Shown here: positions 46,578-55,441 of the stretch, piece by piece
Numbering within the stretch: the stretch's first letter is position 1
Layout of the letters: every line of letters starts with the position of its first letter
Assembly: GCA_017522795.1 (NCBI GenBank)
Contig: JAFWXZ010000047.1
Span: forward strand, 99 to 64,098
Direction: 5' to 3'
Source: Clostridia bacterium
Lineage (GTDB): Bacteria > Bacillota > Clostridia > Oscillospirales > CAG-272
Length of the DNA stretch: 64,000 nt
Position numbers and translations under genes: made by a program
The notes under the pieces: model-generated
What the model was told of the DNA's origin: nothing
Seen by the model: the letters and a program-made list of their open reading frames with translations, nothing else
Databases searched by the model: none

Positions 46578-47819
46578 ATGCAAGGAAACATCAAGCAAAT
46601 AAAGGCAAGAGAAATTCTCGATTCCAGAGCTAATCCCACCGTAGAGGCAAGTGTTGTGCTTGAATCAGGGGCGGTCGGAGTCGCAAGCGTTCCCTCGGGA
46701 GCATCTACAGGAGTTCACGAGGCGCACGAGCTTCGCGACGGAGATAAAGCCCGTTTTGGCGGTCGGGGAGTTCTTCGGGCGGTAAGGAACGTAAACGAAA
46801 TCATCAGTCCCGCGCTTAAAGGTAAGGATTCCTCAGCTCAAGCGGAAATTGATAGAATAATGACCGAGCTTGACGGAAGTGAAAACAAATCAAGGCTTGG
46901 CGCAAATGCAATTCTGGCGGTGTCGCTGGCAAGTGCGAGGGCGGCAGCCTCATTCGCGGGAATAGAGCTTTACGAATACCTCTCCACCTCGGGCGGTGGA
47001 CGGATGCCCACGCCTATGTTCAATCTGCTAAACGGCGGCGCGCACGCGTCGAATAATATTGATATTCAGGAGTTTATGGTTGTTCCCCACGGACTTGATC
47101 TGCCTGAGGCAATCAGAGCGGGTAGCGAGATATACCACACTCTCGGCAGACTTTTGCGTAGGCGGGGTCTGTCCACGGGGGTGGGTGACGAGGGTGGCTT
47201 TGCGCCCGATCTTGCAAACGACGAGGAGGCCATTGCCCTGCTCTGTCAGGCTATAACCGAAAGCGGCTACAGCACCGACAAGGTGGGTATTGCCCTTGAC
47301 GTAGCATCTAGCGAATGGTACGAAAACGGCAGATATATTCTGCCTAAAAGAGGCGCCGAGCTCAGCCGACGTGAGCTTATCGACTACTACCTGCGCCTAT
47401 GCGACAAATACCCTATTATCTCTATTGAGGACGGCTTTGCCGAGGATGATTTCGATGGTTGGCAGGATGTTACCCTTGCCCTTGGAAAACGATGCATGCT
47501 TGTAGGTGACGATCTTTTCGTGACAAACGAAAAAAGGCTTCGTGAGGGAATATCCCTCTCCATAGGCAACGCAATTCTGATAAAGCCAAATCAGATAGGC
47601 AGCCTCAGCGAAACGATGAGCGTAATCAAGTTGGCGCGAGACAGAGGATATGAATTTATCATATCCCACCGATCGGGCGAGACCACCGACACATCTATTG
47701 CCGATATTGCGGTAGCTACGGGGGCAAAATTCATCAAAACGGGTGCGCCCTGCCGCGGCGAGCGAGTGGCAAAGTACAACAGACTCCTTGAAATATACGA
47801 AAGACTGTCAGGCAATTAA
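46578..47819 (+). CDS. eno: Enolase
   Basis: 413 aa with AREILDSRANPTVE, SGETTD and KPNQIGS motifs. It looks monocistronic. The C-terminus is somewhat shorter than typical enolases. Confidence 0.9.
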   Translation: MQGNIKQIKAREILDSRANPTVEASVVLESGAVGVASVPSGASTGVHEAHELRDGDKARFGGRGVLRAVRNVNEIISPALKGKDSSAQAEIDRIMTELDGSENKSRLGANAILAVSLASARAAASFAGIELYEYLSTSGGGRMPTPMFNLLNGGAHASNNIDIQEFMVVPHGLDLPEAIRAGSEIYHTLGRLLRRRGLSTGVGDEGGFAPDLANDEEAIALLCQAITESGYSTDKVGIALDVASSEWYENGRYILPKRGAELSRRELIDYYLRLCDKYPIISIEDGFAEDDFDGWQDVTLALGKRCMLVGDDLFVTNEKRLREGISLSIGNAILIKPNQIGSLSETMSVIKLARDRGYEFIISHRSGETTDTSIADIAVATGAKFIKTGAPCRGERVAKYNRLLEIYERLSGN

Positions 47820-47840
47820 TATCTACCTTTTATATATAAA

Positions 47841-47877
47841 GGCGGACTCGGTTTCCCGAGTCCGCCAAAACTTTTTT
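47841..47877. terminator. Bidirectional intrinsic terminator between eno and the giant surface-protein gene
   Basis: GGCGGACTCGG TTTC CCGAGTCCGCC flanked by T/A runs. Confidence 0.75.
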
Positions 47878-47898
47878 TAGCCGATTATTTTTTTGTTA

Positions 47899-50800
47899 TC
47901 AGCAAAGGATCCACCAAGGTCTGCGGAACTTCTTTGTAGCAACAGCCACGATGGTAGTGATAATGCAAAGAGCAGCAATACCTATGCAGATAATGATTAT
48001 CTTATTATTATCGTTACCGTCCTTACCCTCGGCCTTAACGCCTGTGTCAACGCCGTCGATCCACCAGTTGCCGTTCTCACCGATGTAAGGAGTATCGCCG
48101 TCCTCACCGTCAGCACCGGGCGCGCCTGTCTCGCCCTTGATAGCCTCAGCCTTAACGCCTGTATCAGCTCCGTCGATGAACCAGTTGCCGTTCTCGCCAA
48201 TGGTGATAACGGGAGTGTGTCCGTCCTTACCGGGAACACCCTGAATACCCTGGATACCCTGTGCGCCCTGAGCGCCGTTGGTAACGGTGAAGGTGGTCTT
48301 GGTTCCGTCGGTATAGGTAATGGTGTAGGTATCTACAAGTCCGTCAATGCCTGTCTTGCTTATGTCGGAGATACCGTTACCTGTCTCGCCCTTAACACCC
48401 TGAGCCTGCATACCTGTATCAACGCCGTCGATATGCCACTTGCCGTTCTGGATAGTGATAACAGGAGTATGTCCGTCGTCACCCTTTTCACCCTGGATAC
48501 CATTAATGCCGTTAGCACCGTTGGTAACGGTGAAGGTAGACGTGGTTCCATCGTTATAGGTGATCGTGTAGGTATCAACAAGGCCGTCAGCCGATGTAGA
48601 TGTCAGAGAGATGCTTACAATACCTCTACCGTTGGTGACGGTGAATTCAAATTCGGTATCGTCGGTATAAATAATGGTATAAGTGTCAACAAGACCGTCT
48701 GTGGTCTTATTGATGGACTTAATGCCCTTACCGTCCTTACCAAGAGCCTTTATGCCTGTGGGAGTGCCGTCGATACACCACTCACCGTTCTCAATAGTGA
48801 TAACGGGAGAATGTCCGTTGGTACCGTTTGTAACTGTGAACTCGCTTGTAGAGCCGTCACTGTAGGTGATAACGTAAATGTCCTTATTGCTTTCGGTTCT
48901 GTCATACTCAACGCTTACGATGCTTCTTGCAACGGGAACGTTGATAGTAATCTCTGTGCCGTCGGAGAATGTGATAACGTAATTATGAGATACAACAAAC
49001 TCGCCATCCTTAACAGGCTGCTTATCGTAGCTTGTGATGGTGATGCTCTGACCGTTCTCGCCCTTGGCAAGCACACCTGTCTTAACGTCGTCAAAGTACC
49101 AGTATCCGTCATCGCCGATGTAGTAAAGCGACTTGGCAGTTACGTCAACCATGCCGGGAGTGGTAGAATCCTTGGTTACGTAGCCCTTCTTATTAAGAGC
49201 AGACTCATAATCATCTCTTACGGAGAGAGATATATTGTCTACGGGACCCGAGTAAATAACATCGCCTGCGCCGAGCTCGAACTCTGCGTCAAGGATTGCG
49301 ATAACGTTGGTTACGTCGTCCATAGTAAGCACGGTCTGTGCAACAGCCACACCGCCACTTCTCGCGTTCTGTGCCATAGCGGGATCAGATACGATAACCT
49401 TACCGATAAGCTCAAATGTCACGTTCGATGCGGTGATGTTGAATGCAACATCCGCCTTAGAGGTGATATCAAATGCGCCTGTATTAATTGTAAGAGACTC
49501 GCTAATGTCAAGAGTCTTGGTAATAGTATCGTTTGCAAGGAGATTGATCACGTCATTCGCCTGTGCATCTGCAACAGCGTCCGCAAGAGATGCATAGCCG
49601 TATCCAGTTCTGTCGATCTTTGCAACGGCGTCTACTACATAATAGCTTTCGCCGTCCTGCTTAAGAGCAAGGCCGTCTACAAGGAGAGCAAGATCAAGAT
49701 CTGTGTTGAAGGTACCGCCGGAGATGAAGCTGATTTTTCTTCCACCGCCTTCGTCAGCAGATGTGATAGAATCATAGCCTTCTGCTGAAATGAATGTACC
49801 TCCCGTAATAGATACGGTTCCAATCTCCTGATATCCACTAGTACCGCCAATGTTTTCAATGGAAACAGCCGCCAATGTTTTGCCCTCGAAGGTTCCGCCG
49901 GAAATTTCAAGAGAGCCGGAAAGGAAGCCTATAGCATCTCCGCCATAACCGCCTGCTCCGTTACCTACGAAGGAGCCTCCTGTAATAACAAGTGTACCTT
50001 CCTGAGGATGATATATAGCTGATATATCACCTATAAACTGACCGTCATTTATTTCTATGTATGTGTTATCTCTGGAGCCATTACCGGCGATAGCATAATA
50101 TCCGCCAAGGTACTTACCTGCATTAACCGTAAGCTTAGCGCACTCGCCTGTATCGGAATCACCATATCTTGTAAGGTTGATCGCAATAAGAAGCTCGCTT
50201 GCATCAAGGCAACCGCCGCCTATGCTATCGTTAATAGTAAGATCTGTTCCGCGAGTAACACAAATTATAGACTGGTTATATTGGTTAGGAACGTAATCAT
50301 CCGCAGAAGTAACGGTCTTACCGTTGAGATCGATAGTGAACTTAACAGCAGGAGCAACCGCAGTTGCGGAAAGCTTGAAGTCGCGGGCAAGAACAATAGT
50401 CTCGCCGTTTTCTACTGCATTGAATGCATCCTGAAGGGTTAAGTAATAATCGTTGCCGATAGAGGCTACTGCCTTGGTAAAGGTAAGTCTGCCATTTCCA
50501 TCAACGGTAGCAAACAGATCTTCACAATTAATAACCTCAATTTCACCGGTGAATTCGGAAAGATCTGCATCTATAACCTGACCAATAGAATCATTGTAAT
50601 CTGCGGCATCAATGACTATCTTACCCGAACCGGTAATTTTACCTGTTGTAATCAAGCTGTTAACATCAACGTTTATGGTGCCGTTGTTTTCGATCCACTG
50701 GTAAGAATCCACCTTAGAATCATATACGTTGAGGCTTGTGCCTGTGCTCACTGTAAGTCTACCAACTTCATTAGCAGAATTTATCTTAACGTAAGCACCG

Positions 50801-53800
50801 TTCTTTACAGTCAGGCTGTCGCCGGACCAACGAATATAGATAATCGCATCCTGCATATCAGGAGTAGTGTTATACTCGCCGTCAGTTCTGCCACCGTCTA
50901 CTATGACAGTTCCACCGCGAAGATCATCAATTACACCCTGCAGCTTAGAGCCGGGTTCAACGGTAGTTACACTATAGTAGAAGAAGCAGTTAGCTTCGGT
51001 AACTGATTTAATAAACGAGTTATTAGCAAGTCTAACGTTACCCTCAAACATATACTGATCGGTAACTACAATATTTACGCCATCAAATGTGAATTCACCG
51101 TTATTAGTACGTTTACCTGTGTAAAGATCATAGAAATAGTATGCCTTATTTCCGTTTTCTTGCTTAAGGATAACACTGTCAAAAATGCTTTGATAAAGCA
51201 GATCAAAGTTATCGGCCGTAGAAGCATCATTTTCGCCAACTATAGTGATAACAAGATCCTTAACAGCTGCAGTCTTTGCTGTCTCAAGAGCCTTTGCAAC
51301 AGTGATATAGTAATTCTCTCCTACCTTAGCAGCAGCCTTAGTGCCACAGCCATTATCACAGGTTATATTTGTAGTGAACTTATGGCCCTTAGGCTCGCCG
51401 GAGGTAGCGCCGCACTCATTACAGGTCTGAGGAGCGGTACAGGTATTACCTGCCCAATCGTGGTCTGAAACGTTTTCCTTACCGCAAACGTCACAGTTGT
51501 GGTCTCCGTCACCTGTCGCATCGGAGCACTCCTCAAGAACTTCGCCACAGCCGTAATCACATACGTGGTTGTTGTCGGTTGCGGAATCCTTATGCTCGCC
51601 TATTTTCACAGAGCAGCCGTAATCACATGCGTGATCCTTGTTTGTATCTACGTGATCTCCTATTGCCACGGAACAGCCGTAATCACAAGCGTGATCCTTG
51701 TTTGCATCTACATGGTCGCCCTGAGCAACACCGCAGTTGTTGTCACAAACGTGGTCTTTATTTTCGTCCTTGTGACCGAGAGCATTGATTATATACTCGT
51801 TATTATTTTCTGAGCCGTCTGTAGCATCTTCTGTTGCCTCGGTGTCAAAGTAAAGATTACAAACAGTACACTTCTTGTGTGCCTCATTACCCGCCTCGGT
51901 ACAAGTGGGTGCGTCGTAGTCGATTTCATCGAAGGTGTGACCTGAAGCAGCAATATCAAAGGTGTTTAATGCGCTTCCTAAAACTCCTCCCTCGGTATAA
52001 TTTCCAGCTTCGCTAAGGAAATAAATATTACATCTTGTACACTGCTTATACGCCTGATTGCCCTTCTCTGTACAGGTAGGAGCCTTATAAGCTACGTAAT
52101 TATCAAATTCGTGTCCGAGCTTAGAGCCAACCTTGGTTCTTGTATCGGTCGCACCGCATACGCAAGTACTCGTCTCGGTACCGTCTGCGATACAAGTTGC
52201 ATTTTCGTTATATACGTAATTTGCAAAGCTATGCTCAGCAGTCTCGCTGTAACCGCAAGAGCAGGTGTGCTTATGAGTGTTTGTATCTACTACGGGAGTC
52301 CAGTTGCCAAATTCGTGATTAGAGCTTACGGTAACGCCACAGCAGTTCCATTTGGTGTGAACGTCTGCAGTGCCGCCGTTTACCTGCTCGCCGGAGTGGT
52401 TGGTAGGATCCTTTTCTCCCGCAGAGAAGGGCTCGTTGCCCTCTGCGCCACAAGCGCAGGACTTGTTATATACCGCCTCTGCGGTACAGGTTGCATCGCT
52501 TACCTTATAGGTATCCTCTGCAACTTCCTTATTATAATCGTGATTGGTAGCATTGCCGTACTCATTACAGCCGTTTACGCACTTGAAGGAGTGCTTTCCG
52601 TTGCCGTCGTCCTTGATAGCGCCTGAGTAGTTGTGATCGAGCTGTGCGATTACAAAGCCACCAGCAGTGGTAAGTGCGTTAAACGAGGTCTCTGCTGCTC
52701 CACCTGCAAACTTAGTTGCATCTGCGAAGAAGTATTTATCACAATTCTTGCAGGTCTTATATGCTACTCTACCGGTTGCAAGACAGGTAGAATTCTGCTG
52801 AGGGATAACATCATTGAAATCGTGACCAAGCTTGGAATCTGCAATTTCTCTTGTATGAGTCTTGCCACATACGCAAGTGCCTGTTTCGAAAGCATTTGTG
52901 GTGCAACCTGCGTTGGTGGTTATAGTGTAACCTTCGTAGGTATGATCCTCATCTGCGGTGTCACCGCAGTTACAGGTCTTTGTATGCTGAAGTGCGTTTG
53001 TTGCATCATCATACTCATATACGTATACGTGCTCGGTAACATCCTCCTTGCCACATGCGTCACAGTTGTGGTCGTCATCGGTAAGGGAGTCGAAGTGATA
53101 TTCGTAATAACCTGCAGGCTTTGTACCTGTCTTGTCATCATAAGTCATATAATAGCAACGACAATCAGCAAAATCTGTAATATCATTACACTGCTCTGGA
53201 CCGTATTGACCTGTGCCATTAAATATTACACCAGCGGCAGCAGTAGGAATCTTTACTTGATAAATGGAATAACCCTCACTATTTTTTCCCACTTCAACTG
53301 AGAGTGCTGTTCCGGGCCAAGCATTGTCAATCTTGGTGTTTTCTTCGCCGTCAAAATACCAATAATAAACGCTTGCATCTGGCCACTGCCAATTGTTTTC
53401 AAAATAAATAGTTACAGTATCTTCAGTATTTACTTTTTTACAAACGGTACATCTGCCATTTTCATAAATATGATCAGCAAGTCCGCCCTCTGTATATCCA
53501 CATCCGAGTTTACAAGTGGAAGGTGCTTTACACGTTGCTTCTGTCATATCGTGATCAAGCTTTTCACCTGTGGTTGCTCCACATTCAGTACAAGTCTTAG
53601 GAGCTGTGCAGGTAGCAGGTGCATAAGAGTGATCGGTCACATCCTTTGCGCCACAAATATCACAGTCGTGATTCTCGTCACCCGCCGCGTCAGAGCAATC
53701 CTCAAGAACCGCGCCACAGCCGTAGTCGCAAACGTGATCCTTGTCGGTTGCAGAATCTCCATGTACACCCTGATATGCTCCACAGTTGTTGTCACATATG

Positions 53801-55086
53801 TGGTCATTGTTATCATCCTTGTGTCCGAGGGCGGGAATTTCCTCATGGCCGGAAGCCCATTCTTGACAATCATTGCACTGATAACCATCAGTTACACCTG
53901 CAGTAGTACAGGTGGCATCGGTTCCTTTTACAAAGGTTGTGTTGGGATGCTGACAAGCTTCTCTTTCGTGAGTACAACCTGTGTTATTACAACTTAAATC
54001 AAATATATTATCATATGTGTGACTCTTAGCAGCTACTGCGTTCTGATCACAATCTACGCACTTGATAGGAGTTGTGCAATCACCGTCGTCTGCGCCTGCT
54101 GTATGACTTGCATTACCAGCTACTGCATCCTGAGTACATCCTGCATTCGAACACTTAATAGCGGTCGTGCAATCGCCGTCATCATTACCCGCGGTATGGC
54201 TTACATTACCGGCTACTACATCCTGAGTACATCCTGCATTAGAACACTTGATAGCGGTCGTGCAATCGCCGTCATCTGCTCCTGCAACGTGACTCTTTGC
54301 AGGAGTAGTTGTAGCACCGCAATCCTTACAGGTGACAGCGGTAGTGCAATCGCCGTCGTCAGCGTTTGGAGTATGTGTGCTTGTAGCTTTTGCAGAAACA
54401 GACTTTGTTGCAGGGGTAAAGCTAATTGTAACATTGCAGTTTCCGGCAGCAACTGTAACAGAAGCATTCGCGCTTCCACCGTCTTTACCATAAGCAACAT
54501 CCCATGTACCGTTTACTGCAATTTTGAACCCGTATGTACCAGCAGTTACATTCTTGAGCACGAGAGTGTATGTACCGTCGCCGTCCGCATCAGTCATTAT
54601 AGCATTATCATTAGCAGTAGCCCAGTCCTCACCCACAAGCGCCTTTTCGCCTGCGACTCTATAAACAGGTGCAGTAAATTTAGACCAAGTTCCTCCACCG
54701 CTATCCCAAGTGCCGTCTTTTACAGTATAGCAATTATTTGTTCCAAGACTAGTTATGGAAAGATCTGCCGTTTGATTCCATTTGTTATCCCAATTATTTG
54801 CAGATGCAGAAGGATTCATACGGCAGAAAATAACACTTGGATATCCCGAAGGAACCTCGACCTCATATATACCATCTGCATCGGAGTCAGTCATATCAAC
54901 CCAAGTCTCGCCATTTCCGAAGAAATAGGCAGCAAAACGTGCGTTCGCCTGTGTCCAATTGGAGTTTGGTTTAAGATAAAGTTTTGTCGGTGTCGCCGCA
55001 CTCGCTGGTAATGCAAATACTCCAATTATGGAGAACAGCATCGCAAGCGCGAGGACTATTGTAAGGATTTTTGCTTTTAATTTCAT
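47899..55086 (-). CDS. Giant (2395 aa) secreted, C-terminally membrane-anchored surface protein: CBM-like modules, Cys/His-rich knuckle arrays, beta-helix-like region, collagen-like/GNW repeat module
   Basis: Signal peptide MKLKAKILTIVLALAMLFSIIGVFALPASA. CBM-like YFENNWQWPD...WPG...IFNG. About 80 Cys in CxxC-type repeats. Repeated VxxGNDYYLTLQDAF-type beta-helix caps. C-terminal TM IIIICIGIAALCIITTIVAVA followed by KKFRR. Confidence 0.85.
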   Translation of the reverse strand: MKLKAKILTIVLALAMLFSIIGVFALPASAATPTKLYLKPNSNWTQANARFAAYFFGNGETWVDMTDSDADGIYEVEVPSGYPSVIFCRMNPSASANNWDNKWNQTADLSITSLGTNNCYTVKDGTWDSGGGTWSKFTAPVYRVAGEKALVGEDWATANDNAIMTDADGDGTYTLVLKNVTAGTYGFKIAVNGTWDVAYGKDGGSANASVTVAAGNCNVTISFTPATKSVSAKATSTHTPNADDGDCTTAVTCKDCGATTTPAKSHVAGADDGDCTTAIKCSNAGCTQDVVAGNVSHTAGNDDGDCTTAIKCSNAGCTQDAVAGNASHTAGADDGDCTTPIKCVDCDQNAVAAKSHTYDNIFDLSCNNTGCTHEREACQHPNTTFVKGTDATCTTAGVTDGYQCNDCQEWASGHEEIPALGHKDDNNDHICDNNCGAYQGVHGDSATDKDHVCDYGCGAVLEDCSDAAGDENHDCDICGAKDVTDHSYAPATCTAPKTCTECGATTGEKLDHDMTEATCKAPSTCKLGCGYTEGGLADHIYENGRCTVCKKVNTEDTVTIYFENNWQWPDASVYYWYFDGEENTKIDNAWPGTALSVEVGKNSEGYSIYQVKIPTAAAGVIFNGTGQYGPEQCNDITDFADCRCYYMTYDDKTGTKPAGYYEYHFDSLTDDDHNCDACGKEDVTEHVYVYEYDDATNALQHTKTCNCGDTADEDHTYEGYTITTNAGCTTNAFETGTCVCGKTHTREIADSKLGHDFNDVIPQQNSTCLATGRVAYKTCKNCDKYFFADATKFAGGAAETSFNALTTAGGFVIAQLDHNYSGAIKDDGNGKHSFKCVNGCNEYGNATNHDYNKEVAEDTYKVSDATCTAEAVYNKSCACGAEGNEPFSAGEKDPTNHSGEQVNGGTADVHTKWNCCGVTVSSNHEFGNWTPVVDTNTHKHTCSCGYSETAEHSFANYVYNENATCIADGTETSTCVCGATDTRTKVGSKLGHEFDNYVAYKAPTCTEKGNQAYKQCTRCNIYFLSEAGNYTEGGVLGSALNTFDIAASGHTFDEIDYDAPTCTEAGNEAHKKCTVCNLYFDTEATEDATDGSENNNEYIINALGHKDENKDHVCDNNCGVAQGDHVDANKDHACDYGCSVAIGDHVDTNKDHACDYGCSVKIGEHKDSATDNNHVCDYGCGEVLEECSDATGDGDHNCDVCGKENVSDHDWAGNTCTAPQTCNECGATSGEPKGHKFTTNITCDNGCGTKAAAKVGENYYITVAKALETAKTAAVKDLVITIVGENDASTADNFDLLYQSIFDSVILKQENGNKAYYFYDLYTGKRTNNGEFTFDGVNIVVTDQYMFEGNVRLANNSFIKSVTEANCFFYYSVTTVEPGSKLQGVIDDLRGGTVIVDGGRTDGEYNTTPDMQDAIIYIRWSGDSLTVKNGAYVKINSANEVGRLTVSTGTSLNVYDSKVDSYQWIENNGTINVDVNSLITTGKITGSGKIVIDAADYNDSIGQVIDADLSEFTGEIEVINCEDLFATVDGNGRLTFTKAVASIGNDYYLTLQDAFNAVENGETIVLARDFKLSATAVAPAVKFTIDLNGKTVTSADDYVPNQYNQSIICVTRGTDLTINDSIGGGCLDASELLIAINLTRYGDSDTGECAKLTVNAGKYLGGYYAIAGNGSRDNTYIEINDGQFIGDISAIYHPQEGTLVITGGSFVGNGAGGYGGDAIGFLSGSLEISGGTFEGKTLAAVSIENIGGTSGYQEIGTVSITGGTFISAEGYDSITSADEGGGRKISFISGGTFNTDLDLALLVDGLALKQDGESYYVVDAVAKIDRTGYGYASLADAVADAQANDVINLLANDTITKTLDISESLTINTGAFDITSKADVAFNITASNVTFELIGKVIVSDPAMAQNARSGGVAVAQTVLTMDDVTNVIAILDAEFELGAGDVIYSGPVDNISLSVRDDYESALNKKGYVTKDSTTPGMVDVTAKSLYYIGDDGYWYFDDVKTGVLAKGENGQSITITSYDKQPVKDGEFVVSHNYVITFSDGTEITINVPVARSIVSVEYDRTESNKDIYVITYSDGSTSEFTVTNGTNGHSPVITIENGEWCIDGTPTGIKALGKDGKGIKSINKTTDGLVDTYTIIYTDDTEFEFTVTNGRGIVSISLTSTSADGLVDTYTITYNDGTTSTFTVTNGANGINGIQGEKGDDGHTPVITIQNGKWHIDGVDTGMQAQGVKGETGNGISDISKTGIDGLVDTYTITYTDGTKTTFTVTNGAQGAQGIQGIQGVPGKDGHTPVITIGENGNWFIDGADTGVKAEAIKGETGAPGADGEDGDTPYIGENGNWWIDGVDTGVKAEGKDGNDNNKIIIICIGIAALCIITTIVAVATKKFRRPWWILC
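47998..49200 (-). repeat. C-terminal repeat module: [GLVDTYTITYxDGT..FTVTNG] - short Gly-X-Y run - [PVITIxNGxWxIDGxDTG], 3-4 iterations; paralogous to 55530-56730
   Basis: Read directly from the translation. Nucleotide similarity to the paralog is visible, for example GATCCACCAGTTGCCGTT.TC.CC.A. Confidence 0.8.
51545..51780 (-). repeat. Tandem 54-nt (18-aa) repeats encoding D-x-DH-x-CD-x-x-C-[GS] units
   Basis: ...DHVDANKDHACDYGCSVAIGDHVDTNKDHACDYGCSVKIGEHKDSATDNNHVCDYGCGE... Two near-identical DNA units are flanked by degenerate ones. Confidence 0.8.
54019..54385 (-). repeat. Tandem 90-nt (30-aa) repeats encoding SH-x-AG-x-DDGDCTT-x-IKC-x(3)-C units
   Basis: ...SHVAGADDGDCTTAIKCSNAGCTQDVVAGNVSHTAGNDDGDCTTAIKCSNAGCTQDAVAGNASHTAGADDGDCTTPIKC... 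Two near-identical central DNA units. Confidence 0.8.
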
Positions 55087-55149
55087 AAAAGTTTCCTTTC
55101 TGCCCGTATGGGCATATATATTTTTATATTTTAATATTTTGCTTTTAAT

Positions 55150-55179
55150 ATTTTATCATATCTTTTGAACTTCCGTCAA
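55150..55179 (-). promoter_or_regulatory. Sigma-70-type promoter (extended -10) of the 2395-aa gene
   Basis: Minus strand: TTGACG, an 18-nt spacer, then TGaTAAAAT. The same ATGATAAAATA box occurs upstream of the paralog near 59355-59365. Confidence 0.45.
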
Positions 55180-55375
55180 TTAGTATAATAAACAATGTTA
55201 TTTTTTTATTTTGTGCATTTTAACTAAATGAGATTAAAAAAGCTTTGGGCTTTGGGTGCATAATGCAACAGATTTTTGCTGTAATTACATCACGAAGCAA
55301 GCGCGGATTGCACGGTGCTTTGCCTTAAAAATGTTTGATTTTCAACCAATATGACAATTTTAATTTACATTTCAA

Positions 55376-55414
55376 GACAAAAAAAGCGTGATACCCCGAG
55401 CGGAGTATCACGCT
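55376..55414 (-). terminator. Intrinsic terminator after the ~1288-aa paralog
   Basis: Minus strand: AGCGUGAUAC...GUAUCACGCU followed by UUUUUUU. Confidence 0.8.
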
Positions 55415-55441
55415 GAAAAAAACTATTAAGTCAGATCAAAA

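Noticed and set aside
47998-48600. The Gly-X-Y runs read as a bona fide collagen domain or BclA-like filament.
   Set aside because: The runs are only 4-6 triplets long and are interrupted by globular units. This is too short to call a collagen domain. They are reported only as short collagen-like segments that might aid oligomerisation.
47893-49788. Plus-strand 631-aa ORF, together with further plus-strand ORFs at 52633-53301, 54019-55011 and 56738-58255, opposite the giant surface-protein genes.
   Set aside because: They are codon-aligned shadows of the minus-strand genes, which have signal peptides, RBSs, promoters and terminators. No independent start signals are present.
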